Shown in pieces: positions 52,472 to 64,000 of a stretch of DNA of 64,000 nt. Origin of the DNA: Amoebidium appalachense (Eukaryota > Protista > Ichthyosporea); contig CAVNZM010000003.1 of the NCBI GenBank assembly GCA_963693365.1, forward strand, positions 2,858,606 through 2,922,605, in the 5' to 3' direction. The notes beneath the pieces are model-generated. The model did not search any database and was not told the origin of the DNA. It saw only the letters and a list, made by a program, of their open reading frames with translations. Position numbers and translations under genes: made by a program. Numbering within the stretch: position 1 is the first letter of the stretch; each line of letters opens with the position of its first letter.

Positions 52472-53960
52472 TTAGGCTAGCAACGCGTCTGGGTGTATAT
52501 ACTTAACCGCCGTTTCCATTTCCACTGACATGAGACATGAGGGCACTACAATGGTGGGTAGGAGGGCATCACCGTACGCAACAATAGTGGGAATGATGGA
52601 TAGGTGCCAGTCTTGCTCCGCAAACCCATAGCCGACCTTGTATGTGTTGTTCATGTCTGTGACCGTGAGAAGTTTCTGACCCGCACGCCCGTTGGTTATG
52701 CGCAGTTGTTTCTCGTCGTCTCTGAACAGACTCTCAGAATCCATGAAGTCTGTTTTTCTTTCTACTTATGAGTGCGTTACGATGGTGTCTGCAGGGAGAA
52801 GTAGACTCTCAGAGTCCAGGGAATGTGTTTTACCTTCCTCACATGAGTGCATTTTGATGGTGTCTTGCAGGGGGGATTAGACTCTCAGAGTCCGCTGACA
52901 ATGGTTTTATATCCCATAGACGTTCACCAGTTCCTCCACCTTATCAAACCAGAATTCATCTTCTCCTCCGTGAGGGCGGAAACGCGCGCTTTCAAAAGTT
53001 CATTTTGTTTGCGGAAAGTGAGGTTGTAACTGTGCTATTTGGCACGGCGTTCGAACAAATTGAACCACCCCTCACCCGGAAGCTCGTCTGCTGTCTTGAT
53101 TTTTTGGCGTTACGCTCAGCAACTTGAACGTCCCGTGCAGACCTGAGAACTTCAGCACGAGAAACCCCTAACCCCCTCCCAGCCAGGAACACCAGCCCAC
53201 TAGCAAGGCCAATCTCCTCATCTGCTGTTAGAATGGGCTTTCTTGTGCCGTCACTCTTTACTCGCCCCAGCAAGGGGATAGATTACTTGCAGTGTCGTGT
53301 GTAGCTGCCTAGGCTGCACGCACAAACACGTGTGCTCTCCAAGGAGGCACACTTTAGATGGCAGGCCATCACCACAGCCACTCAAGGGAGGGTGGGCGGG
53401 AAAAACAAAATGCTTGACTAGAGAAAGCAACCGTTTACGGGCCTCAGGAGGCCCTGCCAACTTGCTAGACTAAGGACACAATCTGCTGAGGAGCAGGGCC
53501 AGCGACTGAGAGGCCTACGAATCTGCAGGCTAGCGGTTTATATACACGCAGGATATGGCTCACAAACATCCGATTGGCTACAGAGGAATGTAAAGACCAA
53601 ATATGGCTACACTTAAACAGGACCAATAACACATAATGGGAGAAATTGTAAACTTTACAACGTTGGGTAATCCACGACAGCCTATATATATAGTTGTCTG
53701 TATAGTAAAATGATCGGACCTGTAGGTGCAACTTCCCATGAAATGGGAATGATTTACTGATGTCGACTGGTAATCGGCAAACACGGAGGCAAGAAGCAAA
53801 GGGAAGGGAAGGGAAGGAAACACCGGTCGAACGCCGTCATTATAGTTCATCTCAGGTTTAAACCAAAACCCTGCCGGCACTGCCGGCAGAACACACCTGC
53901 CTTCCAATCTTGTTAAACAGACCGATTTCATCCATGTACACAGGGAACCGGAGAATTATT
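52472..53960 (-). pseudogene. Fragments of pogo/Fot1-like (CENP-B HTH + DDE_1) transposase
   Basis: KPILTADEEIGL...GRGLGVSRAEVLRSA (HTH_Tnp_Tc5-like), IIPTIVAYGDALLPTIV, and YMDEIG near 53925; heavily disrupted. Confidence 0.55.
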
Positions 53961-53984
53961 TTAGCCGGCTTAGATACAATAATA

Positions 53985-54483
53985 AGTTTGTAAACATGTT
54001 TTCTTTGCAGGAGAATTAGATAGCCCCGTTGGAGTGAAATTGTGTGTTGCGAGTGTGCTGTAAACTTCGTGGTAGTATAATGTTGTAGGCCATGGTGTGT
54101 TTGATGTGTGTGCAAAGTTTCAGGCTGCTAGCATTTTTATTTAGGGAGCTGTAGCTGTTTTTATGTTCTGTGGGATATGCCATATGGATATATTGATGAG
54201 TTTGAGTTATATCTAGTCCGAAATGGGCGGCAATCGATTGGGTCTTTGTGATCTAGGGGTTTTAGCCACTTGTGAAAATTTTTCATTGGTTGATGTGCAG
54301 CAAAAATTCCATTTTGGTAGATTTCACGGATTTGATAGGTTCTAAGTCATTTCTTCATATTTCCATAGGCAAAAATGTGGGCCGCGCTCTATAATGAGCT
54401 TGCGCGGCCCCAGGGAGGTCAGTTGCGGCGCTACTGAGCGCGTTTAGGTCTCTTTAGGCCCAATTTTTTAGCTAAGTTTTTGC
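53985..54483 (+). repeat. Copy B (uninterrupted, 3'-truncated) of the dispersed repeat
   Basis: Near-identical to 46305-46627 + 48306-48344 + 50950-51080 and to 58260-58757. Confidence 0.9.
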
Positions 54484-54890
54484 CCACCCACCACACCTTT
54501 GCCTATTTAGGCACTAGGCTACGTTTTTTGAGCATGTTTCTGTATGACATTTGTCATTCTTTTCATTGCTCCTGTGGAGCACACCTGTGCCTGCTTGTGA
54601 GATTGATCCACAGGCACCGGCTCATGTATCCCCTTGCTGGGGCTGGGAAAGACGACGTTGGCATAAGAAGCAAAATCGGCAGACAGGCCTGTGGTTTACC
54701 GTTTTCGATAGATCATACATGAGCTAACACATGCTTACATGCTTGCCGCGCGCCTATTTGTGCTTATAGGGTTACCAGGAAGACCATGCAGTATGCCAAA
54801 TTTCACGAACCAACACCTGCAAATAAGAAGGGAAAACATGTGTCTGGAGATTGGGACAAGCAGAAGAGAAATAGATAACGGACTCAGAAC

Positions 54891-55087
54891 GAACGTCTAT
54901 GGGATATAAAACCATTGTCAGCGGACTCTGAGAGTCTAATCCCCCCTGCAAGACACCATCAAAATGCACTCATGTGAGGAAGGTAAAACACATTCCCTGG
55001 ACTCTGAGAGTCTACTTCTCCCTGCAGACACCATCGTAACGCACTCATAAGTAGAAAGAAAAACAGACTTCATGGATTCTGAGAGTC
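54891..55087. repeat. 197-bp inverted duplicate of 52729-52925
   Basis: Reverse complement read directly; contains recurrent GACTCTCAGAGTC quasi-palindromes. Confidence 0.9.
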
Positions 55088-56391
55088 CATCTCCTAGAGC
55101 AGAACATGCTAATCAACCACATATTGTAAATGCTCAAAATACCAACCAGACTTTGAAAATACGGGGTGGTTTTGTATATGACGTACACTTGGACCGTTTG
55201 AATTCATCGAAAGAAAACAGACAACACAACACACACGAGTACTCCAACATTAAGTTAACGAATAAATGTCCAAAAATAAATTTCCTTACATACCATGTAT
55301 GGTATATAAGACTATTGGTCCGTTATGTCCACACCAATCAAATTGAGTGCGGGGATGAACCATGCATGTGCATAACGGCAGATCGTAACCCCCCATACTC
55401 CCTAACTCCCGATACTCAGTGGGGGCCGATAATCCTACATATGAAATTTGATCAATTACATAGTGAAATTTCAAAATGAACCCTTTGTCCTTAAATTATG
55501 ACATCCTACGATATTTCTTCTATCTCAAGTGGACAGGGTGTCCGTTCCTACAAGGAAAAATAAAAATTGCCGAAATATATGTACATAACAAGAAACTCTT
55601 ATTCACATAAGGTCGTTTAACACAATGGAGAGGCCGGGACTCTTTGTCGTAAGTCAGCATATCTACACCGTGGAGGTAGTTTACTATGATGAATTATGCC
55701 AATTGCGATTTCATTCCAAGATCATAATACCATACGCATTCGTGTGAAGGTCTATGTAAGTCATTCTAGTCAGCCCAGACACCATTCAAAGTTTTACTAT
55801 CCCTTTCGAGGGTTTCCGAACGATGGTATTTTTGTCTTTATGGTGTTAATATGGGTACCCTTGGTCGTTTTGCGGGGACTGGCACCTCCGTAGATGCTCG
55901 GTGCTTTGTTTGTCCTGATGGGTAACGATATAACTTTAGTTACAACCAACCCTCAAACATTCCTGCATACGTGCTTTCATTAACTTCACACACACACTCA
56001 CACAAGCTCTCTCTTTGTCACTCGGTCTCTTGCTGTGTATCTCATCTCTATCTCCCTCTCTATCATCATCTCTTCTCTCCCCCTAACTCTGTCACGCGCA
56101 CACAAACCTTTCTCGATTCCTCTCTCTCAACCCCTATTTCTTTCGTTCTTTCTCTTTTCGAAAACTGTCCACACACCTTCTGTTTTTCAAGCTCCCACTT
56201 GCTCTCTTGCTCTTTCCATCATGGCATTTTCTCTCTCTTATTCTTTACTTGGCATCTATCATCATGTACCCACACACACTCTCTCTGTCTCACTCTCCTC
56301 GTGTCTCACTCCCTTTATCCCTCTCCATCTCTCTCCCTCTCACTCTCTCCCCCTCTCACTCGCTGTTGCTCTCTCCCCACCTCTCTCCTCG

Positions 56392-56466
<75 letters not shown>

Positions 56467-57150
56467 CCCCGTCTCTCTCCCTCCCTCTTAGCCCTACCTC
56501 CCTATCTCCGAATCTCCCTATTTCTCTCGGACATGCAAATGCACATGCACTGCACAGAAAATGGCATATACATTGGTCACCAAAAGCCCGTTTAAGCATC
56601 AACACGAACAGGCTATGGAATAATGCCAGTAGAGATACATACCCGTCTTTGACATCATGAGCGGTTCGTTTTCTGAATCACTTGACACGTCGGTTTGGAG
56701 ACTGTTGGTGTCACCATCGGATTTGCTGGCCACACTGTCGGGGTTCTTGATGTTGTCGTTGTTGCTATTACTGTCTGAGCTGTTGATGTCTGCATTGTGA
56801 ATGTCAGTCCGAGTTCAGAGCCAATGCTCAGATAAAGATTCGAAATGATTTTGTTGGTGTGGGTGGGGGAGCCTCAGAAGGTGTTTTGTTACTTCTTTCA
56901 AGTCGGAAATTTTATCACCATTGTTGTTTTTCTGCCCATACCCATAGGAAATGTGGAGGTGGTGGTGGTTGTGGTGGTTGTGGTGGTTCGGTGTGTGCGT
57001 GTGGTTCGGGGGGGGGGGGGGGGGGGGGGGGGGGGGAGGGTGGGGGAGGGGGTATGCCATGGGGGGAGGGGGAAAGGGGGGGGGGGGGGGGACCCGTGCA
57101 TGTCATTGGCCGTGTGCAGGTTTGTGTGTGTGTGTGTGTGTGTGACACGT

Positions 57151-57240
<90 letters not shown>

Positions 57241-59010
57241 ATGTGCATGTGCATGTGCATGTGTGTGGACGTCTGTCTCTGTGTACATGTAAATTATCTG
57301 CTGTAACGTTCGGAAACGTAATGTTTTGGGTTGATCAAATATGGGCCAGATTTACATCGTAAGAATTGGGTAATAGATTAAATACCTTCGTTATTGTGGT
57401 GAACGTGAAAATCGAGGAGTTCTTGGGCAATATATCCTCTTCCTCTTCTTCTTCCTCATGGTCAATGCCCTCTTCCTCACTGTGGTCGCTGTCATCAGCA
57501 TCCTCACTGTAACATTCATCGTCCTCACTTGAGTTGAGTGGGTCTGCATCAACCGGCTCCTCAGTGAATTCGTATGCGGCCTGTGCATCTGTACCGTATA
57601 TTGTTTTTGTGCATGTGCGTGTGCGTGTGTGTGTATGCACGCATGTGTGAGGGGGTGTGCGTGTTTATTGTTTTGTTTTTTTTTGTTTTTTTTTTGGGGG
57701 GGGGGGGGGGAGTCATGGTGAGGAACCGTTTGACATATTATGAGATAGGATGACCGATTTGCCAATGGGGTAGACTATTGTAAGAGAGGTATTATGAGAT
57801 AGCATGACCAATTTGCCAATGGGGTAGACTATTGTAAGAGAGGTAGTTTGTCGCTCAGCCTGAGAAAGAGACATAATGAAGAATTAGAGTTGGTGGGTGG
57901 GTGTTGGTATGTACTGGGTAGTTTTCGAAGCGGAAACGCACGTCATGCAAAGATCTAAAGCATTGACCATGTCATTCTGCAACAGTGCCTGGCCTGACAG
58001 CACACACAATTCATCACCAGGGCAGGGTAGGCCACGGTGTGTGTATGAGAGGTATTGTGTGTTTGAAAGGGGGGATTGGGGGGGAGGGGGGGGGGGGTTG
58101 TCGGTTCGGGGATGGTATTGGCTTATGCAAGTTACGCAAATCCTGTCCTTCAATTGTTCATTTTACTTTTTGCAAGATCAATAAATAAGAAAACCAGATA
58201 CAAGATTATAGGGTTATGGTTTTCTTTCTTTCTTTCTTTCTTTTTTTTATTTTTTATTTAGTTTGTAAACGTGTTTTCTTTGCAGGAGAATTAGATAGCC
58301 CCGTTGAAGTGAAATTGTGTGTTGCGAGTGTGCTGTAAACTTCGTAGTAGCAGCATGTTGTAGGCCTTGGTGTGTTTGATGTGTGTGCAAAGTTTCAAGC
58401 TCTAGCATTTTATTTAGAGAGCTGTAGCTGTTTTTATGTTCTGTGGGATATATGCCATATGGATATATTGATGAGTTTGAGTTATATCTAGTCCAAAATG
58501 GGCGGCAATTGATTTGGTCTTTGTGATCTAGGGGTTTTAGCCACTTGTGAAAATTTTTAATTGGTTGATGTGCAGCAAAAATTCCATTTTGGTAGATTTC
58601 ATGGATTTGATAGGTTCTAAGTCATTTCTTCATATTTCCATAGGCAAAAATGTGGGCCACGCTATATAATGAGCTTGCGCGGCCCCAGGGAGGTCAGTTG
58701 CGGCGCTACTGAGCGCGTTTAGGTCTCTTTAGGCCCAATTTTTTAGCTAAGTTTTTGCAACTCTAGTCCCCGTTTTTCGCGCTGTTGTTCGTTTTTTCTC
58801 TAGTTTTTTTGCCCAGGAGCGCGCGCTTAGCTTCGGCAGCATCTGGTAAGAGTTTTGCGTGCGCGCCATAGGGGTTCAGTATTAATGACGTCACAGCGGC
58901 GATCGCTCCGAGAAGGAGGGCAAGGGTCCGAAATGTGCGTTCGCACATCGATTCACGAAAACGAAAAGGCCACGAAAACAAAACAAGCACACGAAAAGTA
59001 AACGTAAAAA

Positions 59011-60625
59011 ATGGGGTTTGATAATCTTTTACCAGTGGTTGGCCTGACGGAGAAAAAGAAAAAGGGGTGCACTTTTGCCGAGCTCTCTAGTTTACTCTGT
59101 GACAAGCGGGTGGGCATTGATGCTAGTGCTATTCTTCACAAGGCCCTTAGTAGTGTACCTGCAAAGTCGAAGGAAAGCCATGAACTAGCTATGTTGTTGC
59201 ACACATCTGACAGCCCACACACAATAGTGTTACCAAAAGCAATAGTGGAAAAGATAACCGACAAGTTCAAAAAAGAAATATACTTCTGGCAACATGGATT
59301 GGGAGCTACCTCTGTTTTTGTCTTTGATGGGCAGCTCATGCCTGCCAAACAAACAGAGAAAAGCAACCGGTTAAAGGCGTGCGAAAACGCGTATAATGAA
59401 GGGAAACGACTTCTGGGCACCCTTTGTAACGCCACTTCGTCGGAGGAGAGTCAGAAAATACAGGAGCGGGTTGACAGCCAGTTTAAACAGTCCCACTTTG
59501 TCGTCTGGTCTATGGCACGAGTGGCGTTGGCAACATGCCAAGCGGAGGGTATAGAGAAGGTGGTGGCCCCTTACGAGGCGAACGCACAGCTCGCGTTCAT
59601 GGGGCAGAATAAGATAATTGACGTAATGGCGGTGGACGACAGTGATTTGCTTGCATATACATCCTCACCCATACTCATCGGTGGTCTGTCGCGGGGCAAG
59701 GTCGACCAAAAAACAGATTCCCTCACTCGTTTTCAATGCTACCTCGTCGATCACGCTCGCGACATTTTTAAAGTACAGACATACAAAAATAAACAATATG
59801 ATTTCTCAGGCTGGAATATGGACGATTTGCTTCTTTTTGGCATTGTTGGTGGTTGTGATTATTTGAAACTAGTGGGTGTGGGTGAGGTTGGCGCATACGA
59901 CTTTGTGAGGAAAGTGAAACAAAAAGGGGACACGCACTCGTTAGACCCATGGCTGGAGTGTGTGCAAGATGTTCTTGAGAACTCGTCACTTCGCCTTGCC
60001 CCCAAAATGCACGCACACGAGCTTGATACTGTGAGTGTGTTCACGGCATTTGAACGGGCGCTCGTAGCCTTCCGCTCCCACATAGTGCTGAATCCTGTTA
60101 CGCTTGAGCACTGGCACGTTTGCTGGACACCAACAGAGCCTCGCCCAGAGGTGTTGGGCACACCAATCGATGCCAACCTTTTGGACTGCTATCTGACCGG
60201 CCATATTGTTCCGCACACTCTTGAATTTCTACCGCTCAGTGGCACGGGAGAGAGTGGGCGGCCTGATATATATAACAACCGGGTGTGGGTCTATGGGCAG
60301 GACAAGCTTCTGGCAGAGCTACCCGTCGTTCCAGATGAGGTAGGGTATGGTTCCACACATAGATATGATGGTAAAGGCCGGGGGGGGGGGGGGGGGGGGG
60401 GGGGGGAGGAGAAGCCCCGGTGGAAGGTTGGGGGGGGGGAGAAGGGGAGTAGTTAAGGGAGTGAAGCTCGAAAAGGAGGGGGAGGGGGAGGGGGGGGGGG
60501 GGATAAAGATGGGAGAGTGAAGGTAGGAAGGTGTGTGGGAAAGAAGCTCGAAGGGGAGAGAGGTAGAAAAGAAAATGAAGGGGGGAGTGGAGGGGGGGGG
60601 GGTGTAGATAAGAGTGATGGTTTCT

Positions 60626-60658
<33 letters not shown>

Positions 60659-60879
60659 AACGAGATAGATATGTCAGTGCAGTTCGGAAGGAGAGGGGCC
60701 TGGGATTCTTGGGTAAAGGGGAAAAGGGGTACAGAAGAGATGAAGGCCGAGGGATGGAGGACTATGGACCCGGGGAAGGGAGGAAGGAGAGGGGAAGGGG
60801 GGTAAAGGGGAGGTGAATGGGAGTTGGAGGGGGGTGGGGAGAAGGGGGAGGGGGTATTGGGAATACATAAAGACTGACA

Positions 60880-60910
<31 letters not shown>

Positions 60911-61780
60911 CATCTTCGTCCCCTTTCCCGCGCTTTCTCCCTACACACACTGTGAATATCCACACTACACACGTGCTTGCGCGGACACCTATATACACAT
61001 GTGCAGGTAATCATGCAGCACTTCCCCCTCAAGAATTTTGTTCGCGGTTGGCGGCGGGCAATGTCGTGCAGTGAGTACCTGGCGGTCTCCTACTGCAAGG
61101 ACGGCCGCAAGGTACTTCTGCGAGGCTTAGTGCCCCGTTCCATGGCCACAGACTTCTATGTCGCCTATCTGCATTTGGAGCTGGAGGAGGAGAACAACGT
61201 GGTGAAGAAGGTGATAGATGGTTTGTGTCAGTGTCCACAGGCTCGCATTGCATGCATACACCAAGCTGCACTCATACACACAAACGCCGATATTGTTAGG
61301 CTCTCTGGTCGGGTCCCCGGGGATGAACCACAGTTGTTTGCAAGCACTAGCCAACAAAAACGGTGGGGGGTTCCATCGGGGCAGATGTCGAAAGATATAA
61401 TAAAACCCATCGAGCAGTATATTTTTCAAAGAAGGGAGCCTCGCATGCCTACAAAAAAAGGAAAGGTTGGGGAAGGTGGTGGGGTAGGTGATGGCAGGGA
61501 ACGGAACGGGGGTGGGGGTGAGGGTGAAATGGATCTTGAAGGTGATGGCCAGAGTGGAGGGGGGTCTGGGCAAAAAGATAGTGGCAAGTTTAAGGGGAAG
61601 GAAGTAGGGTGTCATATGAATCCTATTTTCTTGCGCGAGAATCCATTGCTGAATGCTAGTGTGGCCGTGAATGCAGATAATGTTAAATCGATGATGAAAT
61701 TAATAGATAATATAAATGATGTGTATGCCAGAGAGGCCCGGGCCGCAAAGGCATCTGTACTCGCTCGAAAGAAAAGGTAG
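59011..61780 (+). CDS. EXO1/FEN1/XPG-family nuclease fused to a SWIM module (predicted 700 aa after removing intron 60340-61006)
   Basis: MGFDNLL, GIDAS, FVFDG, APYEAN, VDDSDLL, GCDYLKLVGVG; a phase-0 GT..AG intron joins in frame to RGLVPRS...CQCPQARIACIH...STSQQKRWGVP. Confidence 0.88.
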
Positions 61781-62008
61781 ATCGATGTAAAGAGATAAGT
61801 CTCTTTTATAAATTAGTAACGCTAGTAGTAGTGCTATATGGTAACCATAACCGGGCCCGGTTAAGGATAAATGGTGTTTGTGTTCTGTATAAATGTAATG
61901 AAAATTGTAACTAGGCAGTGCTGTGCACTAGGTTATGTATGCCATGTGCTGTAATGAATGAAGGTCTACTGTTACCACAACTACTGAGGTGGCAAGGTCT
62001 TGCGTCTG

Positions 62009-62051
<43 letters not shown>

Positions 62052-62403
62052 CCAGGAATGTGTAGTGGTTGTGTGTGGGAACAATAGGCGGGAGGAGGGG
62101 CCTGGGGGGGAGAGGGGGGTAGGGGGGGGGGGGGGAGACAGGAAGGTTTCGTTTTTTTCCCTCTCTGTCGGGCTCGTGTTTTTCTAAAGGGTTCCTTTCC
62201 CCTTCCCCCTCTCCCCCTCCTCCTCCCCCCCCCCCCCTTCCCCCCGTTTCAGTGAAAAACATAAACACACGCCATTTGTTTATGTTGGTACTTTTATATA
62301 TACATATTTTTTCACGGGGACTGGGTAACTGAAGGGGGGGGGGGGGGAAGGGGGAGGGACGGGGAAGGGGGGGGGGGGCTGGAGAGGACACAAACAATTA
62401 GCT

Positions 62404-62649
62404 TTATAATGGGGCTTCTTCCTCCCAGTGCACGAGTTTGCCTTGGAAGCGTGTAAGCCCAAAGCAAACTTGGACAACCTGGGAGTGATTGGGCACCATG
62501 GTGATGGGAACAGTATCCGTGAGGATCTTGTTCTCCTTGTTCTTAAACCACGAACTAACAACCTCTGCACTGTGCCTTCGAATAAGCACCTGCTTACAAC
62601 CAGGCCCAGCAGTGGCCTTGCAGTGGTCTGCTGCACAACGAGAGGGCAT
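62404..62649 (-). CDS. Internally deleted THAP/DDE_Tnp_4-type transposase (81 aa mini-ORF)
   Basis: MPSRCAADHC...SSWF (THAP-like start) fused in frame to KENKILTDTVPITM...QVVQVCFGLTRFQGKLV (ISL2EU-type transposase C-terminus). Confidence 0.6.
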   Translation of the reverse strand: MPSRCAADHCKATAGPGCKQVLIRRHSAEVVSSWFKNKENKILTDTVPITMVPNHSQVVQVCFGLTRFQGKLVHWEEEAPL

Positions 62650-64000
62650 AGTGTGGGCACCCCTTAGGGGTATACCTTTTAAGATTCGCAACAGAAGGTA
62701 AAAACTAAATAACAAGTAAACATACAATTTAGTTCCCAAGTTTTACGTTTAAAATTTTTCTTTTTTTTTAATTAGCCGCGTAACGTGGTGCACACATGGT
62801 TTCGTTTCCGTTTTGCAAACAGGAAAGTCTCTCGCGGCCCCCAATCCGTGCTTGCCCTCCTTCTCAATTAGTGACGTCATTAAGACCGGACCCCTATTGC
62901 GTTTTTAGCTGGTTTTCGGACGTTTTTTGCGGTGTCGTTTTTCCCGCGTTTTTGCATTTTCCAGTCTTCGTTTTTAAGTTTTTGTGCTCTAGTCTGGTTT
63001 GTGAGCATTGCAATGGCCCCTTCTCCTGCTCTGGTCGCCAAGGTGGCCGCTCTCCTCGAAAAGCTTTTGGAGATCTCTACCGATGCGGACGACGCAAGTC
63101 TCAAAAGTCTGGCCGTTTTGCAGTCCAACGCCCTCCCCTGGAACAGCCTGCCGGCAGAAACCGTCAACAGTGTGGTTTCAGCCCTCAAGGCGCGCTCGGT
63201 GGCTTTTGATGACCCTGAGATGGTCGGTTGGAAAGTCACCGACCAGCTGCACTTGCTCTGTCGCACTCCTCGTAGCGGCCGTGCCTCCCCCCACCTGGGT
63301 CGCCCTCTCCCCAGCGGCGTTCTGACGGTGTAGACGTCCAAGAGCAGCTGCAGGCGCTTTCTGCCAAAGGGCAAGCCCTCTCTGTTGCCCAGTCTGGTCG
63401 CCCCAAGAAGCCCTCTGCCGGCGGCCTGCCGAGCACGCTGTCTGTGCGGGCAAAGGGCAAGGAGCCTGTCTATGCGTACGACACCGGTGGTGAAGACACC
63501 CCATCGTCGAGTGAGGATTCTTTTTCCAGCAGCAGTGGCTACGGTCGTTCCTCTCGCAGCCGTCGTTCCTCTGGCCGTTCCAAACCCAGCCCCAGCCGTT
63601 ATCTGCTCTCCAGCGGCGCCAAAGTCAACCTGCGCGTCAAAGAAAGTCTGGCCCCTTCCTACCTCAGGAGCACCTTGGCTGACCAGGCCTCGGTCACTGC
63701 GGCTGTCCACGCGGCGGATTGGGTCAGCTACCGCAACAAACGGGAGGCTCTGACTCTTGCCCGTATGCTGGATCTGCTGCTGGCCGCCGACCCTAAGGCC
63801 CGCAAGGAGTCGCCTGCTGTGGAAGTTGTTGTGCGCCGTCTGCTGGCTGTGCAGACTGCTGATCAGTCCAACGGGGACTGGGCTGTTGCAGAGCAGTTTG
63901 AGGAGCTCCCTGCGCGCAGCCTGCCCCTGCCCCCTGCCTTGGCCACCCGGGCTGTTCGTCAAGCCAAGACCCTCGCCGAAGTCACCCGGGCTCGGCGTGG

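Larger units (their letters stand above)
58870..62895. mobile_element. ISL2EU/Harbinger-like TIR DNA transposon, family 2 (EXO1-SWIM gene plus THAP mini-ORF)
   Basis: 25-bp TIR AGGGGTTCAGTATTAATGACGTCAC at 58870-58894 vs 62871-62895 (3 mismatches); AT TSD at 58868-58869 / 62896-62897, supported by the empty site GCGCGCC-GT-TGCG at ~51191-51203; inner inverted motif GAGAAGGAGGGCAAG at 58910-58924 / 62851-62865. Confidence 0.93.
58260..64000 (+). mobile_element. Copy C of the Gag-like dispersed repeat, split by the EXO1-SWIM transposon; runs off the window
   Basis: 58260-58869 plus 62898-64000 are colinear with copy A; the ORF from ATG 63013 is frameshifted. Confidence 0.75.

Overview
Eukaryotic, intron-rich genomic DNA packed with microsatellites and homopolymer runs; the organism cannot be named from the sequence alone (a unicellular opisthokont is plausible but is only inference). 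A central host-gene block (~15.7-42.3 kb) holds a ricin-lectin/TM/CBM20 membrane protein, a CDP-alcohol (choline/ethanolamine) phosphotransferase, a CBM48 glycogen-binding protein, squalene synthase and a myotubularin with a degenerate C-terminal FYVE finger. The block is flanked by transposon-rich zones: decayed APE-type LINEs on the left; on the right a Gag-like repeat family, a P-like element, a GG-ended 8-bp-TSD element and pogo relics. The main finding is two divergent ~4-kb TIR DNA transposons (373-4252 and 58870-62895) with the same architecture. Each has AT flanks, bipartite TIRs whose spacers differ by about one helical turn between the ends, an in-frame THAP/DDE_Tnp_4 'mini-transposase' lacking the catalytic core, and a convergent gene for an EXO1/FEN1/XPG-family 5' nuclease joined to the SWIM module that in ISL2EU (PIF/Harbinger-related) elements normally accompanies a YqaJ lambda-exonuclease. 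This looks like an ISL2EU-like lineage that has replaced YqaJ with an unrelated 5' nuclease; I am not aware of it having been described, but no database search was possible.
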